A DNA stretch of 63,592 nt, the filler included, from Octopus bimaculoides (taxonomy: Eukaryota), in NCBI RefSeq assembly GCF_001194135.2. It is 6 parts of 5 records of this genome, joined end to end, with 100 filler letters (N's around TTAATTAATTAA, not from the genome) between each part and the next. Parts side by side here need not be neighbours in the genome. Positions count along the whole stretch, not along the records: positions 1 to 30,093 come from NC_069001.1; 5 more parts are not named here. One strand, 5' to 3'. The notes under the pieces are model-generated. The model was not told where the DNA came from. It ran no database searches and was given only the letters and a program-made list of their open reading frames with translations. Shown in pieces: positions 1-12,959 of this stretch (position 1 is the first letter of the stretch; each line of letters begins with the position of its first letter). Made by a program: the position numbers and the translations under genes.

Positions 1-1339
1 ATATATATATATATATGTATATATATTCCTGAATGAATTAATCATTTACTGATATTCACACAATCTATTCAAGTAATTGCCTACATCATTTCAAATCGAA
101 AATATGTGAAGTGGAAAACGATAGTGACGAATGGATATGAAGATGGAATTGGTAATAATTATGAGCTGACACACGCACAAAAACCCGCACGCACACGCGC
201 ACACACGTACGCACAAATATATATTCACATACACACAACGCATGTTTATGTGTATGTATATATATATATATATATATAAGCATACATTCATATACCAATA
301 TCCTGTCTCTATATTTCGACGTTAATAAGTCTGAAAATTAATTGTTCAACTGGTTTCTGTCAAATAATTTAATCTTTGTACTTTTTGTGTTTGTCCGTTA
401 CTATAAGAATCACTATGAAATATCCTCCAACGGCGACAAACCTGAATTGTAATATTTTAATATTTTACAGTTTACCAATGAAATCTTTTTAAAATTGCCT
501 GATGTTATCTAAGGGATGTTTGGCTACACTTACTACAGGTTCAATCGATTCCAATAGAGATTCTAACAGTGATAGGCACTTTTATCGATAACATTTCCTA
601 TTCATAACATACATTACTAGATTCGAAGCACTGCTTTTGAAAAAGAAACAAATGTTTTTCAAGACATAGGGGAAAAAGGTAATGAGAGAGAGAAAGAGAG
701 AGAAAAGGAAACTGAAAGTGCATGAGAGAGAGAAAGAGTTTGGGAGGGTGAAAACCTTTTAAAGAACGAATTTAACAAGCATTACCAAATCCTATCAATA
801 ATTTGGATTGTCTATTTTTTTTCTTCTTTTATGCAATATATTATTTCGCGAAAACTTCAAGAACGAAGTCACAATTACTGATTTGGTGTAATATACTGAA
901 ACATGGTGAAGCAGCAATAATGTTAAGGAAACACACATAGAAAAAGAATATTTAATTCTAAAACATGATTTGAAGGCCAGAGATACGGAAAGAGAAGAGG
1001 AGGGACTGAGTGAGAGAGTTTGGAGAGGGAGACAGAAGATAGATAGAGTTTGCTTCCATTTATTCTTTATTCCAATCGAAAAGATTATATTTTAAAACGT
1101 TTATTTCATAAATCAGCTCGTGTTTATCAGTGGCAGAAGCCAAAAGCTATGAACAATATATACACATACACATACATATCTACATATATACATACATAGA
1201 CACCCACACACACAAGAGCACGCAGACCCATGCACATACATATGTGAGTGTGCACATGTATTTGTGTGTGTATTTGTATGTGTACATGTGTGCGTTAGTG
1301 CGTGTGTGTGTGTATGTGTGTTGTTTGTATATGTAGGTA

Positions 1340-1505
1340 TACTGGGGCACCGACTCGAAGACTTTTTAGTTGAATCGACCCCAGTACTTAGATTTCTAAG
1401 CCTGATACTTATGCTATCCTTCTCTCTTGCGAAACGCTAAGTTACTGTGTTGTAAACAAACCGACACCTATTGTCAAGCGGTGGTGGGGAATAAAACACA
1501 AACAC
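1340..1505 (-). mobile_element. SINE type C tail
   Basis: Reverse complement of the type C tail (tgtaaacaaaccgacacc...tgtcaagcggtggtggg). Confidence 0.65.
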
Positions 1506-1557
1506 AGAAAGGTGCGTATCTATCTATTTATCTCGCTCTCTCCCCCTATATACATAC

Positions 1558-1600
<43 letters not shown>

Positions 1601-2257
1601 CAATTCAAATAAACGAATAATAACATGAACGATAACAGACAACAAAAAGACGTGCACAAGAAAAGTATTATATTGATGCTCCTTAGAAAAAGAGACGATT
1701 TGACGTTTCGAGTATAGCACTTCGTCGAAAGGAAAAAAGGAAAAAGTCCTAAAAAGGGAAAGAAATTGCCAACAGCACCTGTATATATATGCTTATATAT
1801 ACAGGTGTTGTTTCAGTTTCCGTCAAGCAAATCCGCTCAGAAGGGCTTGGTCGGCCCAAGGATATAATAGAAGATAATTGTCAAAGTTGCCAAGCTTCTT
1901 ACCACACGGCTATGACTGACTCTACACACATACACACACACGCATACACATATGTATGTATATATATACATAAACTTCAGCAATAACTACAGTAAAATTA
2001 TCAACAAATGTTACATTAAAAATAGAATAAAATAAAATAAAATAAAGGAAAACTGAAGAAAAGAAAAGAAATATTGGAACCCGGCCATTAATACGCCTTT
2101 TGTTGAAAAGCATGAATATTATAGCAGTGACACTACGAAGTAATGTACCCTAAAGTACAATACATGAATCTAGGGTGACTTCGGGGGTTTTGTAGTGTTC
2201 GATTGTATTTCAAACATTCAGGTGAAACGAACCATCAATGCCAATACAAAGCAGCTA

Positions 2258-2273
2258 ATAATAATAATAATAA

Positions 2274-2307
<34 letters not shown>

Positions 2308-2347
2308 CGTAGTAGTTATAATAATAATAATAATAATAATAATAATT
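2258..2347. repeat. (AAT)n/(AGT)n microsatellite
   Basis: Directly visible. Confidence 0.95.
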
Positions 2348-4269
2348 CTTTCTTCATTTATTCACAGGCAAAAATCACACAAACAAACCGATTGTAACCT
2401 AAATGTTTTTGAAATTAACCAGAGGAATTAGAATGAAAGCCGAAATGGTTTCTGTAAAACTGGATTAGATTAAAGCCGAACTAACTTTTCTTTCGAGTTG
2501 CAGTTAATTGTTTTCTATATGGCTTCACTACAAGAATTACAGTTTAGCAAAGCGAATTTTTCGAGAAATCCTGCCAGCAACTATTCCACTCATACGATAT
2601 TTCCTTTCCAATAGGTTGCGATTGTTCCATCACGCATCAATCGATTTTTAGCAAGGTTCATTATATTATTATCATTTCGCTGCTTAAAGCTTTCTATCAG
2701 AATTTTCACTACCAGAATGATTTCAATGATGGCGAACACGAATTATCCACTTCGGTGTGGGTGTGCTCCTGCACGGCAGTGTGTGCATTAGGGAATTTCT
2801 GCTTGTGTGTGTTCGTAATTCTGTGTGCGCACGACTCAGTATGGGAGTGTTTGTGTATGTGCGTTTTTGTGTGAGTGCGTACCTGCGTGTATATATGCAT
2901 ATGTGTGTGAATGTCCGTGTGAGTCAATGTGTGTATGTGTGTGTGTAATGCATGCGCTTGTGCGTGTGCATGTGTGTGCGTGTATGCGCGCGTGCGTGTA
3001 TGTATTAATAAAAAATATACCTGGATAAAACAAATATTTTCCTGAAATGGTAAATATAATTTATTGGCCTATAAATGCAATTTAATATTACAGAATATTG
3101 GTTTCCGGGAAAAGGGATGAAAAAAGGTTTGTATCGGGGATATATGTGTGTGACTGCGTGTGTGTGTGTGTGTGTGAATATATACGTATATAAAATGCAT
3201 ATATAATAATATATAATTATATCCTATGTATAATACATATAAAATAACAACTATTTATATATANNNNNNNNNNNNNNNNNNNNNNNNNNNNNNNNNNNNN
3301 NNNNNNNNNNNNNNNNNNNNNNNNNNNNNNNNNNNNNNNNNNNNNNNNNNNNNNNNNNNNNNNNNNNNNNNNNNNNNNNNNNNNNNNNNNNNNNNNNNNN
3401 NNNNNNNNNNNNNNNNNNNNNNNNNNNNNNNNNNNNNNNNNNNNNNNNNNNNNNNNNNNNNNNNNNNNNNNNNNNNNNNNNNNNNNNNNNNNNNNNNNNN
3501 NNNNNNNNNNNNNNNNNNNNNNNNNNNNNNNNNNNNNNNNNNNNNNNNNNNNNNNNNNNNNNNNNNNNNNNNNNNNNNNNNNNNNNNNNNNNNNNNNNNN
3601 NNNNNNNNNNNNNNNNNNNNNNNNNNNNNNNNNNNNNNNNNNNNNNNNNNNNNNNNNNNNNNNNNNNNNNNNNNNNNNNNNNNNNNNNNNNNNNNNNNNN
3701 NNNNNNNNNNNNNNNNNNNNNNNNNNNNNNNNNNNNNNNNNNNNNNNNNNNNNNNNNNNNNNNNNNNNNNNNNNNNNNNNNNNNNNNNNNNNNNNNNNNN
3801 NNNNNNNNNNNNNNNNNNNNNNNNNNNNNNNNNNNNNNNNNNNNNNNNNNNNNNNNNNNNNNNNNNNNNNNNNNNNNNNNNNNNNNNNNNNNNNNNNNNN
3901 NNNNNNNNNNNNNNNNNNNNNNNNNNNNNNNNNNNNNNNNNNNNNNNNNNNNNNNNNNNNNNNNNNNNNNNNNNNNNNNNNNNNNNNNNNNNNNNNNNNN
4001 NNNNNNNNNNNNNNNNNNNNNNNNNNNNNNNNNNNNNNNNNNNNNNNNNNNNNNNNNNNNNNNNNNNNNNNNNNNNNNNNNNNNNNNNNNNNNNNNNNNN
4101 NNNNNNNNNNNNNNNNNNNNNNNNNNNNNNNNNNNNNNNNNNNNNNNNNNNNNNNNNNNNNNNNNNNNNNNNNNNNNNNNNNNNNNNNNNNNNNNNNNNN
4201 NNNNNNNNNNNNNNNNNNNNNNNNNNNNNNNNNNNNNNNNNNNNNNNNNNNNNNNNNNNNNNTTTGAAA

Positions 4270-4915
4270 TGTTTGTATGATTTTTTAGACCAATGCAAAA
4301 AAATTCGCGGTGTTTCTTCTCAATATTAATGCCTGCGTTTAAATCAAGCCTAGATCATTTTTGTTTTACCGTGGAGGCGCTTGCATTCTTTTCGTGCAAG
4401 GCTCTGACATAAATTTACCAAGTGGGTTACATTTTTCATAGTCTTTCCACGGAGTCTGCATTTCTGGGTGTCAAATAGACTAAGAAGGAAAAATCAACAC
4501 TTAGATTGTAGGTACACTTTTAAGCAAACATAAACAGACTGTATATGAAACGAAAGAGTGGTGGCAAAAGACTAATTGATATCGACAATTGTATAAGGAG
4601 TGAAAGGCGAACGCTTGCCGAGTATTTGATAAACAATGATGAAGACCTGCTGCAATATGTCGCGAAAGATATGGCTGTAAATGAAGATGAAATTATATCT
4701 TGCGAGTTGTGCAATCGCGCTGGTTAATCTCCGCTTGTGTGCACTGTAGCGGACTACAGCAGTAAAAGATTTGTTGATGGCAGTCACAAGGTAACTTGAG
4801 TTGAGGTTTGATTTAAAGAGAAGTTTGAGGCGCTTCATATATGCGGTGATGAACTTCTTTCATTTATCTGGGCAAGATAGAGTCCAGCCTCACGATTCCA
4901 AGGTAATTTTACTCA
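4270..4915 (-). mobile_element. Decayed R4/Dong-like (RLE-type) non-LTR retrotransposon fragment with an internal inversion
   Basis: Minus strand 4915-4740: YLGIV...MKRLKLLFKSNLNSSYLVTAINK...VVRYSA (RT C-terminus). Plus strand 4455-4715: SAFLGVK*TKKE...NINRLYMKRKSGGKRLIDIDNC. Minus strand 4400-4270: KRLHGK...*A*FKRR...EET. These are consecutive motifs of this LINE class. Confidence 0.75.
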
Positions 4916-4952
4916 TCATCATCTGGATATATATATATATATATATCTGTAT

Positions 4953-5093
4953 GGCGGCGCAAGGGCCCAGTGGTTAGGAGAACGGACTCGCGGTCGTAGG
5001 ATCTCGGTTTCGATTCGCAGACCGGGCATTGTGAGTGTTTATTGAGTGGAAACACCTAAAGCTCCACGAGGCTCCGACAGGGAGGGTTGGCGA
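4953..5093 (+). mobile_element. tRNA-derived SINE type A, 5' part
   Basis: Box A/B head (cccagtggttagg...ggtttcgattc), nearly identical to the 7467 copy; cut off by a gap. Confidence 0.85.
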
Positions 5094-5420
5094 TATNNNN
5101 NNNNNNNNNNNNNNNNNNNNNNNNNNNNNNNNNNNNNNNNNNNNNNNNNNNNNNNNNNNNNNNNNNNNNNNNNNNNNNNNNNNNNNNNNNNNNNNNNNNN
5201 NNNNNNNNNNNNNNNNNNNNNNNNNNNNNNNNNNNNNNNNNNNNNNNNNNNNNNNNNNNNNNNNNNNNNNNNNNNNNNNNNNNNNNNNNNNNNNNNNNNN
5301 NNNNNNNNNNNNNNNNNNNNNNNNNNNNNNNNNNNNNNNNNNNNNNNNNNNNNNNNNNNNNNNNNNNNNNNNNNNNNNNNNNNNNNNTGTATATATATAT
5401 ATATATATTATATATATGTA

Positions 5421-5460
<40 letters not shown>

Positions 5461-5489
5461 CACACATGACGGGATCTAAAAATATGTTT

Positions 5490-5660
5490 TGTACAAAATT
5501 CACTCACAGGGCATTGGCAGAGCTTTTATAATCATATCTTTTATCATCTCAGGGTCGATATGTAGAAAACATTTGCCAAAATTGCCCCGTATTGTGACTG
5601 AACCCGAAACCCTGTGGTCACTAAATGATCTCCTTAACCACGTGGCTTTGCCTGCATCTC
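5490..5660 (-). mobile_element. SINE type C head and core
   Basis: aaattcactcacagggcattgg...acatttgccaaa...actgaacccgaaaccctgtgg...cttaaccacgtggc. Confidence 0.65.
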
Positions 5661-6486
5661 ATGTAAGGGAATGCCATATTTTATAACACACTTGTTATGT
5701 ACGCATAAAAAGAAATGACGTTCCCAGTTAGAAATAGCCTTCAGCCATTATTTTGATGTATTGGCTCCGACTTGGAGATAAAAATCAACAGAATAATCAG
5801 GTTTTGTATTTCGTTTGATCAGTCGGTCTTTTCGATTATTGCTGAACACGGGCTAAATTGCAACAACAACAACAAAAATGTCAACAATAACAACGGCAAT
5901 AGCAAGTAAGATGTTAGCGTTTTGCACTTGGCTGCGCTGTGAACGTATTGTCTTGCGGATGTTCCGAGATCTTAGTGAACTGCTAGTTTATAAAGGCAAT
6001 ACCAAATTCGAAGACCAATATTAGGAAAACAATCATTGAGTTTAATCGTTGGAATGGCTCTTTCGAGTGCGAAGTGATTTAACGAGCTAGAAATAGCTAA
6101 TAGATGTTCCTTAAATCATTCAGTTATATGTTAATGGCAGAAAGATAGGTTTGATAGATAATGCAGCAACCAATTCTGAAAAATCGAAGAAATGACAATG
6201 CTATTGTGAATTTTAATAAGCATTCCTTCGATCACTGTTGAACAAGTTCGTGATTCGGAGAGGCTAGCGATAAAGCAATAGAACAAAGCAAACACAGTTA
6301 AGAAGACTGGTGGCTTTGCACGGCTCGACTTACTTTATGTGTGAAAGGCAACAGAAAGTTTTGATTGAAAGTGCACCGAGGAATAAAGAATTCAACGTTT
6401 CGGACAATGTCCTCCGTCATAACTGCAGGAAAATAAAAAGAAAAGCATAGATGAGTCTCACATCTCTATTCTATGAATGCATATGT

Positions 6487-6534
<48 letters not shown>

Positions 6535-7466
6535 GCGCACACACACATAAACACACACACGAATGTACCTAAGTACGTAAGTATGTGTTCATGTATGTAT
6601 ATGTGTTTGTAGATATATTTCAATAACGCAAAACCTACAGGAAATGCGGAATGGTCAGCTACGCCGTCGGCCATTCGGTTCTAATACTAGAATATGCCTG
6701 AAGGTAACTTAGTAATTGGACTTACGTTCATGTGCACAGGCACACATACACAGACATAAACTAATATTTATGAAACTATGAATACACACACACACACACA
6801 AACCCATACATATATATATATATATATATATATGTTTGTTTGCGCGCATATATGTATAAATGTATATCTATATATGTCTGTATGCATAAATATATACACA
6901 TATATTGATATATGTATACATTTATGCATATGTATACGCACACATACACTTATGTGTATGTGTCTGCGTGTCTGTATGTGTGTATTCATGTATGTATGTA
7001 ATTACCCTAGTGGCAAATATATGAAATCGTTATCATCATCATCATCATCGCCATCGCAGTCTTCATCATCATCTTCAACATCATCAGCGTCATCAATATC
7101 ATTCTGAGTTCCAGTCACACCGATCTAGTGAAGAAAGAATCGCTGAATACATGCTAAATATTCAAGATTATTCAATAGTTAATACTAGAGAATATTTTAT
7201 ACAGAAATTTCACACACAGTATCTGTCTGAGCGAAATTAATAATCAAGTTTGAATATACTTTCGAATTATCAGAATAATGATAGTTCGGCTTTTATAATT
7301 TCGATTTCGATTCTTGCTCAGATTGATCTGGACTTTCATTGTCCCAGAACCAATGAATTAATAACATCCGAATCTCTTTCGCCACCCTGGCTCAGTTGGT
7401 GCCTGGTTAGAAAAGACAAAGAGGAAATTACGGGTGCTTAACTTGATCTCTGTGCATGGCAGTAAT

Positions 7467-7853
7467 GGAGGCGCAATGGCTCAGTGGTTAGGGCAGCGGA
7501 CTCGCGGTCATAGGATCGCGGTTTCGATTCCCAAACCGGGCGTTGTGAGTGTTTATTGAGCGAAAACACCTAAAAGCTCCACGAGGCTCCGACAGGGGAT
7601 GGTGGCGAACCCTGTTGTACTCTTTCACCACAACTTTCTCTCACTCTTTCTTCCTGTTTCTGTTGTACCTGTAATTCAAAGGGCCAGCCTTGTCCCACTG
7701 TGTCACGCTGAGTATACCCGAGAACTACGTTAAGGGTACACATTTCTGTGGAGCGCTCAGCCACTTGCACGTTAATTTCACGAGCAGGCTGTTCCGTTGA
7801 TCGGATCAACTGGAACCCTCGACGTCGTAAGCGACGGAGTGCCAACAAAAAAC
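7467..7853 (+). mobile_element. Full-length tRNA-derived SINE type A with a 13-bp target-site duplication
   Basis: tRNA-like head with box A/B and an A-rich end. GCATGGCAGTAAT is duplicated at 7454-7466 and 7854-7866. Confidence 0.92.
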
Positions 7854-8289
7854 GCATGGCAGTAATAGCAGCCAATTATCTTTGGTAGCAACTGTCTTAT
7901 AAAAGAACTGAGACACTAGATACTGAAGTCCTAGATACACAAAGCCAAACACACACAATCCCGAATGAAAATATATTTACACCAATCATAAGCACAACCT
8001 TGAATCTGCAACGCAATGTGAAAGCTGGAGCAATTTTTATATTATTATTTTTATTCTTAGGAAGACAAATATTTATCCATGAATGCAAATTTACCTTTAG
8101 TTATATTTATATTTATAAACTTATCCACGACAAAGGGCGGAATCTTAAGCAGATTCAGCTTGGTAAATATACCGTCGGAGGCGCAGCCGTGGTGACGCAC
8201 GTAGCCGAAAACACGTACGGTAATATCAGGTCCCACAATCCACTTTCTAAATTGTTACTCTTCCTATGGAACCTACAATGACATACTGG

Positions 8290-8460
8290 CGTTGGTAGAA
8301 ATCGAACTCAACACGCACGAAGACCGCCAGACATAGAGTCACACCAAATGATGGAAAGTGAGGTCGAGCCCAGCGGAATTTGAAATGTTACCGAGAAGAC
8401 GGACAAAATACTACTAAGCATTTCTGCCTAGCGTGCTAACGATACTGGCAGCTCGCAGCA
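8290..8460 (-). mobile_element. SINE type D, partial
   Basis: cagcggaatttgaa...actaagcatttc...gctaacgatactggcagctcgc. Confidence 0.6.
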
Positions 8461-9156
8461 ATATTATCAATAATAAGGATAACAGCAACTATATTTGTGA
8501 GCTAATATGTTATGTGATATAGGAAAATGGGTAGAATAATATTGAATTACTTCCTTTTATTTTCTGCATTGAAACGAAATTGGGTTTAACTGTGTCTTTG
8601 ATCATTTCGAGATCATAAAACAATTCGAGAGAAGACCTGGAGTCATTTCAATAAAAACACACCCACGCACTCACAAACAAGCACAAACACACACACAAAC
8701 ACACACATGACACACAAACACACACATATACACACATACACAAGCACCTATGAATAATACATACACAAAATGGTGGCTCTATGAGAAACCGTTATTTACA
8801 GTTTTCAGGTGAGTCCTGGGCATACAGAACAGCAAGTTCAACAGTATTCGACAAGGACTTGTAATAATACGTACTCGCTTTGAAAGGAACTATTTGTTTT
8901 GGGTTTAAATCTACTGAGCGAAATTTGGGTAAACGAGTTCGACTCTAACCCCAGTTATTGTGAGTGGATTGGGAGAGGGAGACTGTTTTGAATCCGACTG
9001 CGCATGTGAGTCAGTATCCATACCTGTGTGATGTATGGAGAATGTATGCCTGCTAGTCAACCGGTAATGATCGCCTAGGTGGCCTAACCGAAATGTTCAG
9101 AGAAGTTCCAAGGCATAGACGAAGCTCATTGAATGAAAGGTATACATATATATGGA

Positions 9157-9350
9157 CGAGGAGTTCTCAAATGTTCCTGGCTTCCGGTAAAATAGGGGAG
9201 GATCAGTTAATTATGATTTTATTCAACATAACCCCCTCTCTAGTTCAAAGATCTATTGTAACCTTCCTTCACTGTTTTCTAAGCCCTGTAAAAGAACACT
9301 CAAAGTTGGGTCCACAGTCAAGCCTTTCGCGATGCCCTTAAGGCCAAGAA
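9157..9350. mobile_element. Diverged copy of the same mariner MITE, right TIR truncated
   Basis: Shares ggaggatcagttaattatgattttattcaaca...ttttctaagccctgtaaaag with the 51062 copy; ends in (GAA)n. Confidence 0.72.
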
Positions 9351-9426
9351 GAAGAAGAAGAAGGCGGGAGTGGTATGATAGTAGTTGACATTATGATACA
9401 CACTTTTTATTATTATTATATATATT

Positions 9427-9498
9427 TATGTATGTATGTATGTATGTATGTATGTATGTATGTATGTATGTATGTATGTATGTATGTATGTATGTATG

Positions 9499-9537
<39 letters not shown>
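9427..9537. repeat. (TATG)n(TA)n microsatellite
   Basis: Directly visible. Confidence 0.95.
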
Positions 9538-9542
<5 letters not shown>

Positions 9543-9904
9543 TATATTTTCGTGTGCATATGTGTATGTATATTACATTAATGTAATGCTAAGAGATTAA
9601 GGAAGTGAAAGGTGAAGCAGACAGACAGACAGAAAAAGTAGGAAGTATAGAATAATTATTACTGACCTATACGCATATATGTAGGTAAGTTGCAGAGAAC
9701 AATATATCTAGAATGCTTTTCACTGCAACGGAAATATATATACATCCAAATACATACATATATACATACATACATACATATATATTTATCTTAATTAGTG
9801 TGTGAGTAAATATATGTACATATTTATGATCGTGTATCCCTCTGTGCATGAGTGTATTTATATAAATACATTGACACACACACACACATACACAAACACA
9901 CACA

Positions 9905-9964
<60 letters not shown>

Positions 9965-10484
9965 NNNNNNNNNNNNNNNNNNNNNNNNNNNNNNNNNNNN
10001 NNNNNNNNNNNNNNNNNNNNNNNNNNNNNNNNNNNNNNNNNNNNNNNNNNNNNNNNNNNNNNNNNNNNNNNNNNNNNNNNNNNNNNNNNNNNNNNNNNNN
10101 NNNNNNNNNNNNNNNNNNNNNNNNNNNNNNNNNNNNNNNNNNNNNNNNNNNNNNNNNNNNNNNNNNNNNNNNNNNNNNNNNNNNNNNNNNNNNNNNNNNN
10201 NNNNNNNNNNNNNNNNNNNNNNNNNNNNNNNNNNNNNNNNNNNNNNNNNNNNNNNNNNNNNNNNNNNNNNNNNNNNNNNNNNNNNNNNNNNNNNNNNNNN
10301 NNNNNNNNNNNNNNNNNNNNNNNNNNNNNNNNNNNNNNNNNNNNNNNNNNNNNNNNNNNNNNNNNNNNNNNNNNNNNNNNNNNNNNNNNNNNNNNNNNNN
10401 NNNNNNNNNNNNNNNNNNNNNNNNNNNNNNNNNNNNNNNNNNNNNNNNNNNNNNNNNNTATATATACACACAAAAGCACACACA

Positions 10485-10534
<50 letters not shown>

Positions 10535-10744
10535 CATGTGTGTCGGTGCGCGTGCATATATTAGTATAGCAACGTGAGTGTGTATCACAATTCTCATTAA
10601 GTAAACCCCACTGAAATTTCATTGCAATATGGTAAATCGTAATTTAATGAGATTTTCGTCTCAATGGTATACGATATTATTATATCCACTCTCTTTATTC
10701 TTCAACATAATATATAAACATACCATATAGCATACATACTCTTG

Positions 10745-10775
<31 letters not shown>

Positions 10776-10931
10776 TATATACATATTCATCTATATATAT
10801 AATCTATATATTTATGTTCACATATATGGGTGTATTTGTGTGTGTGTGTGTGTATGTGTGTGTACACACGTATGTATATGCATAAATATATGATATACTT
10901 ATATAATTATATACGTAGGCGTGTATATATG

Positions 10932-10999
<68 letters not shown>

Positions 11000-11084
11000 N
11001 NNNNNNNNNNNNNNNNNNNNNNNNNNNNNNNNNNNNNNNNNNNNNNNNNNNNNNNNNNNNNNNNNNNNNNNNNNNNNNNNNNNN

Positions 11085-11118
<34 letters not shown>

Positions 11119-11649
11119 GCCTAGATCTATATCTATCTATATGTCTATGTGTGTACGTGTGTGTGTGTGCATGCAGCCTCACACACACATACAACAGCTA
11201 TGTTCACTTTTCTATTTGCTGTCATCTGACAGCGGCTATAATCTAACGCATCTTTCGATTGCCTTACAGAGCAAGAGTGGAAACTGACTCATTATGTATT
11301 TAATAAAATCTGATATGAGCGCAAATAATGCTTTGTCACTTCTTCTAAGCTTGATATATTGCCAATATGTGAATGTGACTTTGCATTCTTCGTTGAAATT
11401 CTGCATTGCCGCTGGTGTAGTGTGATGGTGCCTCTGATATCGTTTTCACATATACATACGCTGAAAGGGGGTTTCTACATATTATATATAATAAATATTT
11501 GTAGATCTAAAATGTGTGGACTTGTTATTACCCTCTGTCAAAAGTACTTTGTGATATATATCTTATTTTTGATACTCGCACAATTGCAAATAACTATGTA
11601 GATAGAAAACAGATAGACAAAATCAAAGAAACAAATATAATAGATAGAT

Positions 11650-11719
11650 CGATAGATAGATAGAGAGAGGGAGAGAGAGAGAGAGAGACAGAGACAGATG
11701 GACAGATAGTTAGGTAGAT

Positions 11720-11750
<31 letters not shown>

Positions 11751-11863
11751 CAGATGGACAGATAGATAGAGAGAGAGAGACAGAGAGAGGGAGAGAGAGA
11801 GACAGAGAGAGAGACAGAGACAGAGACAGATGGACAGATAGATAGGTAGATAGAGAGAGAGAA

Positions 11864-11958
<95 letters not shown>

Positions 11959-11975
11959 AAGAGAGAGAGAGAGAC
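11650..11975. repeat. (GA)n/(GATA)n compound microsatellite
   Basis: Directly visible. Confidence 0.95.
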
Positions 11976-12959
11976 GTCCGAGAATCTATATTTATGTCTT
12001 TATATTTTTTATTTCCTTATTTTTTGTGTGATCGTATATGCAGATGGTCTTCAGTCGCATAGATCGTGAGTCGAAGAGAAGGCGTACTTTAACTTTTAAA
12101 ATATGTTAATCATTCTATCGTTCTCTTATGCCAAACTTCAAAGTTAGAAGACGTGAAGAAATCAAAACTTGTCAAGAAACGGTGGGAACAAACCGAAAGA
12201 CACACATACACACATAATTACTTTGTTCCCTTCATAATTATTTCAAACTGTTGGCACAACGCCAGCATATTTAGTACAGCAAGGACAAGTTCATTACATT
12301 CTGATTTATCGACCCCGAAACCCTAAAAGCCACACCATCGTTAGTTTAATTTGATCTCAGAATGGAAAGATTCAGACGGAGTGTTGCATGGCATTTTTTC
12401 TGACATTCTTACTATTCTTCACAAGCTTCAGATTATTCTATGTTCTTCCTTACAATCACACAGAAGTCAAATTTGCCTTCCTTCCCTCTAGTATTGATAA
12501 AATTAAGTGGCAACGTATCCTGCAGGCAACGGTTTCTCCTCGAAGCTGGCATCCTGATGCCTATACAAAAAGTCATTTTTATATCGGCTGATATTATGCC
12601 TGGAAGCGTTGATTTGAACGTCGTACGAACCGGCAAGCGGTATTTAGTTACGGTCCCCTACGTTGCAAGTTCAAATCCCACTTGGGGGCAATTAATTTTA
12701 TTCAGCGAGAGAGTGGTAAATTTCTTCTACCGCTTGATGTTCTGCGTTCAAATATCCCGAGGTCACCTCTTTCATTCATCCTATCAGAATCGATGGTTTA
12801 CAGAGTGCAATTGAAGGGTCGATATAACTGAAAGCTCATTAACCCTCAGACTGTGAGCCTTGGGTCAATGATAAAAATATTCTATTATTGTTGTTTTTAA
12901 GACTTCAAACTGGTAATATTGTAAGCGCGTCCCACAAAATCCTTAACGCCATTTCTTCC

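Noticed and set aside
8770-8870. TTTTCAG|GTGAGT, readable as a strong donor or acceptor
   Set aside because: The adjacent frames are very short and uninformative; isolated splice-like motifs are expected by chance.
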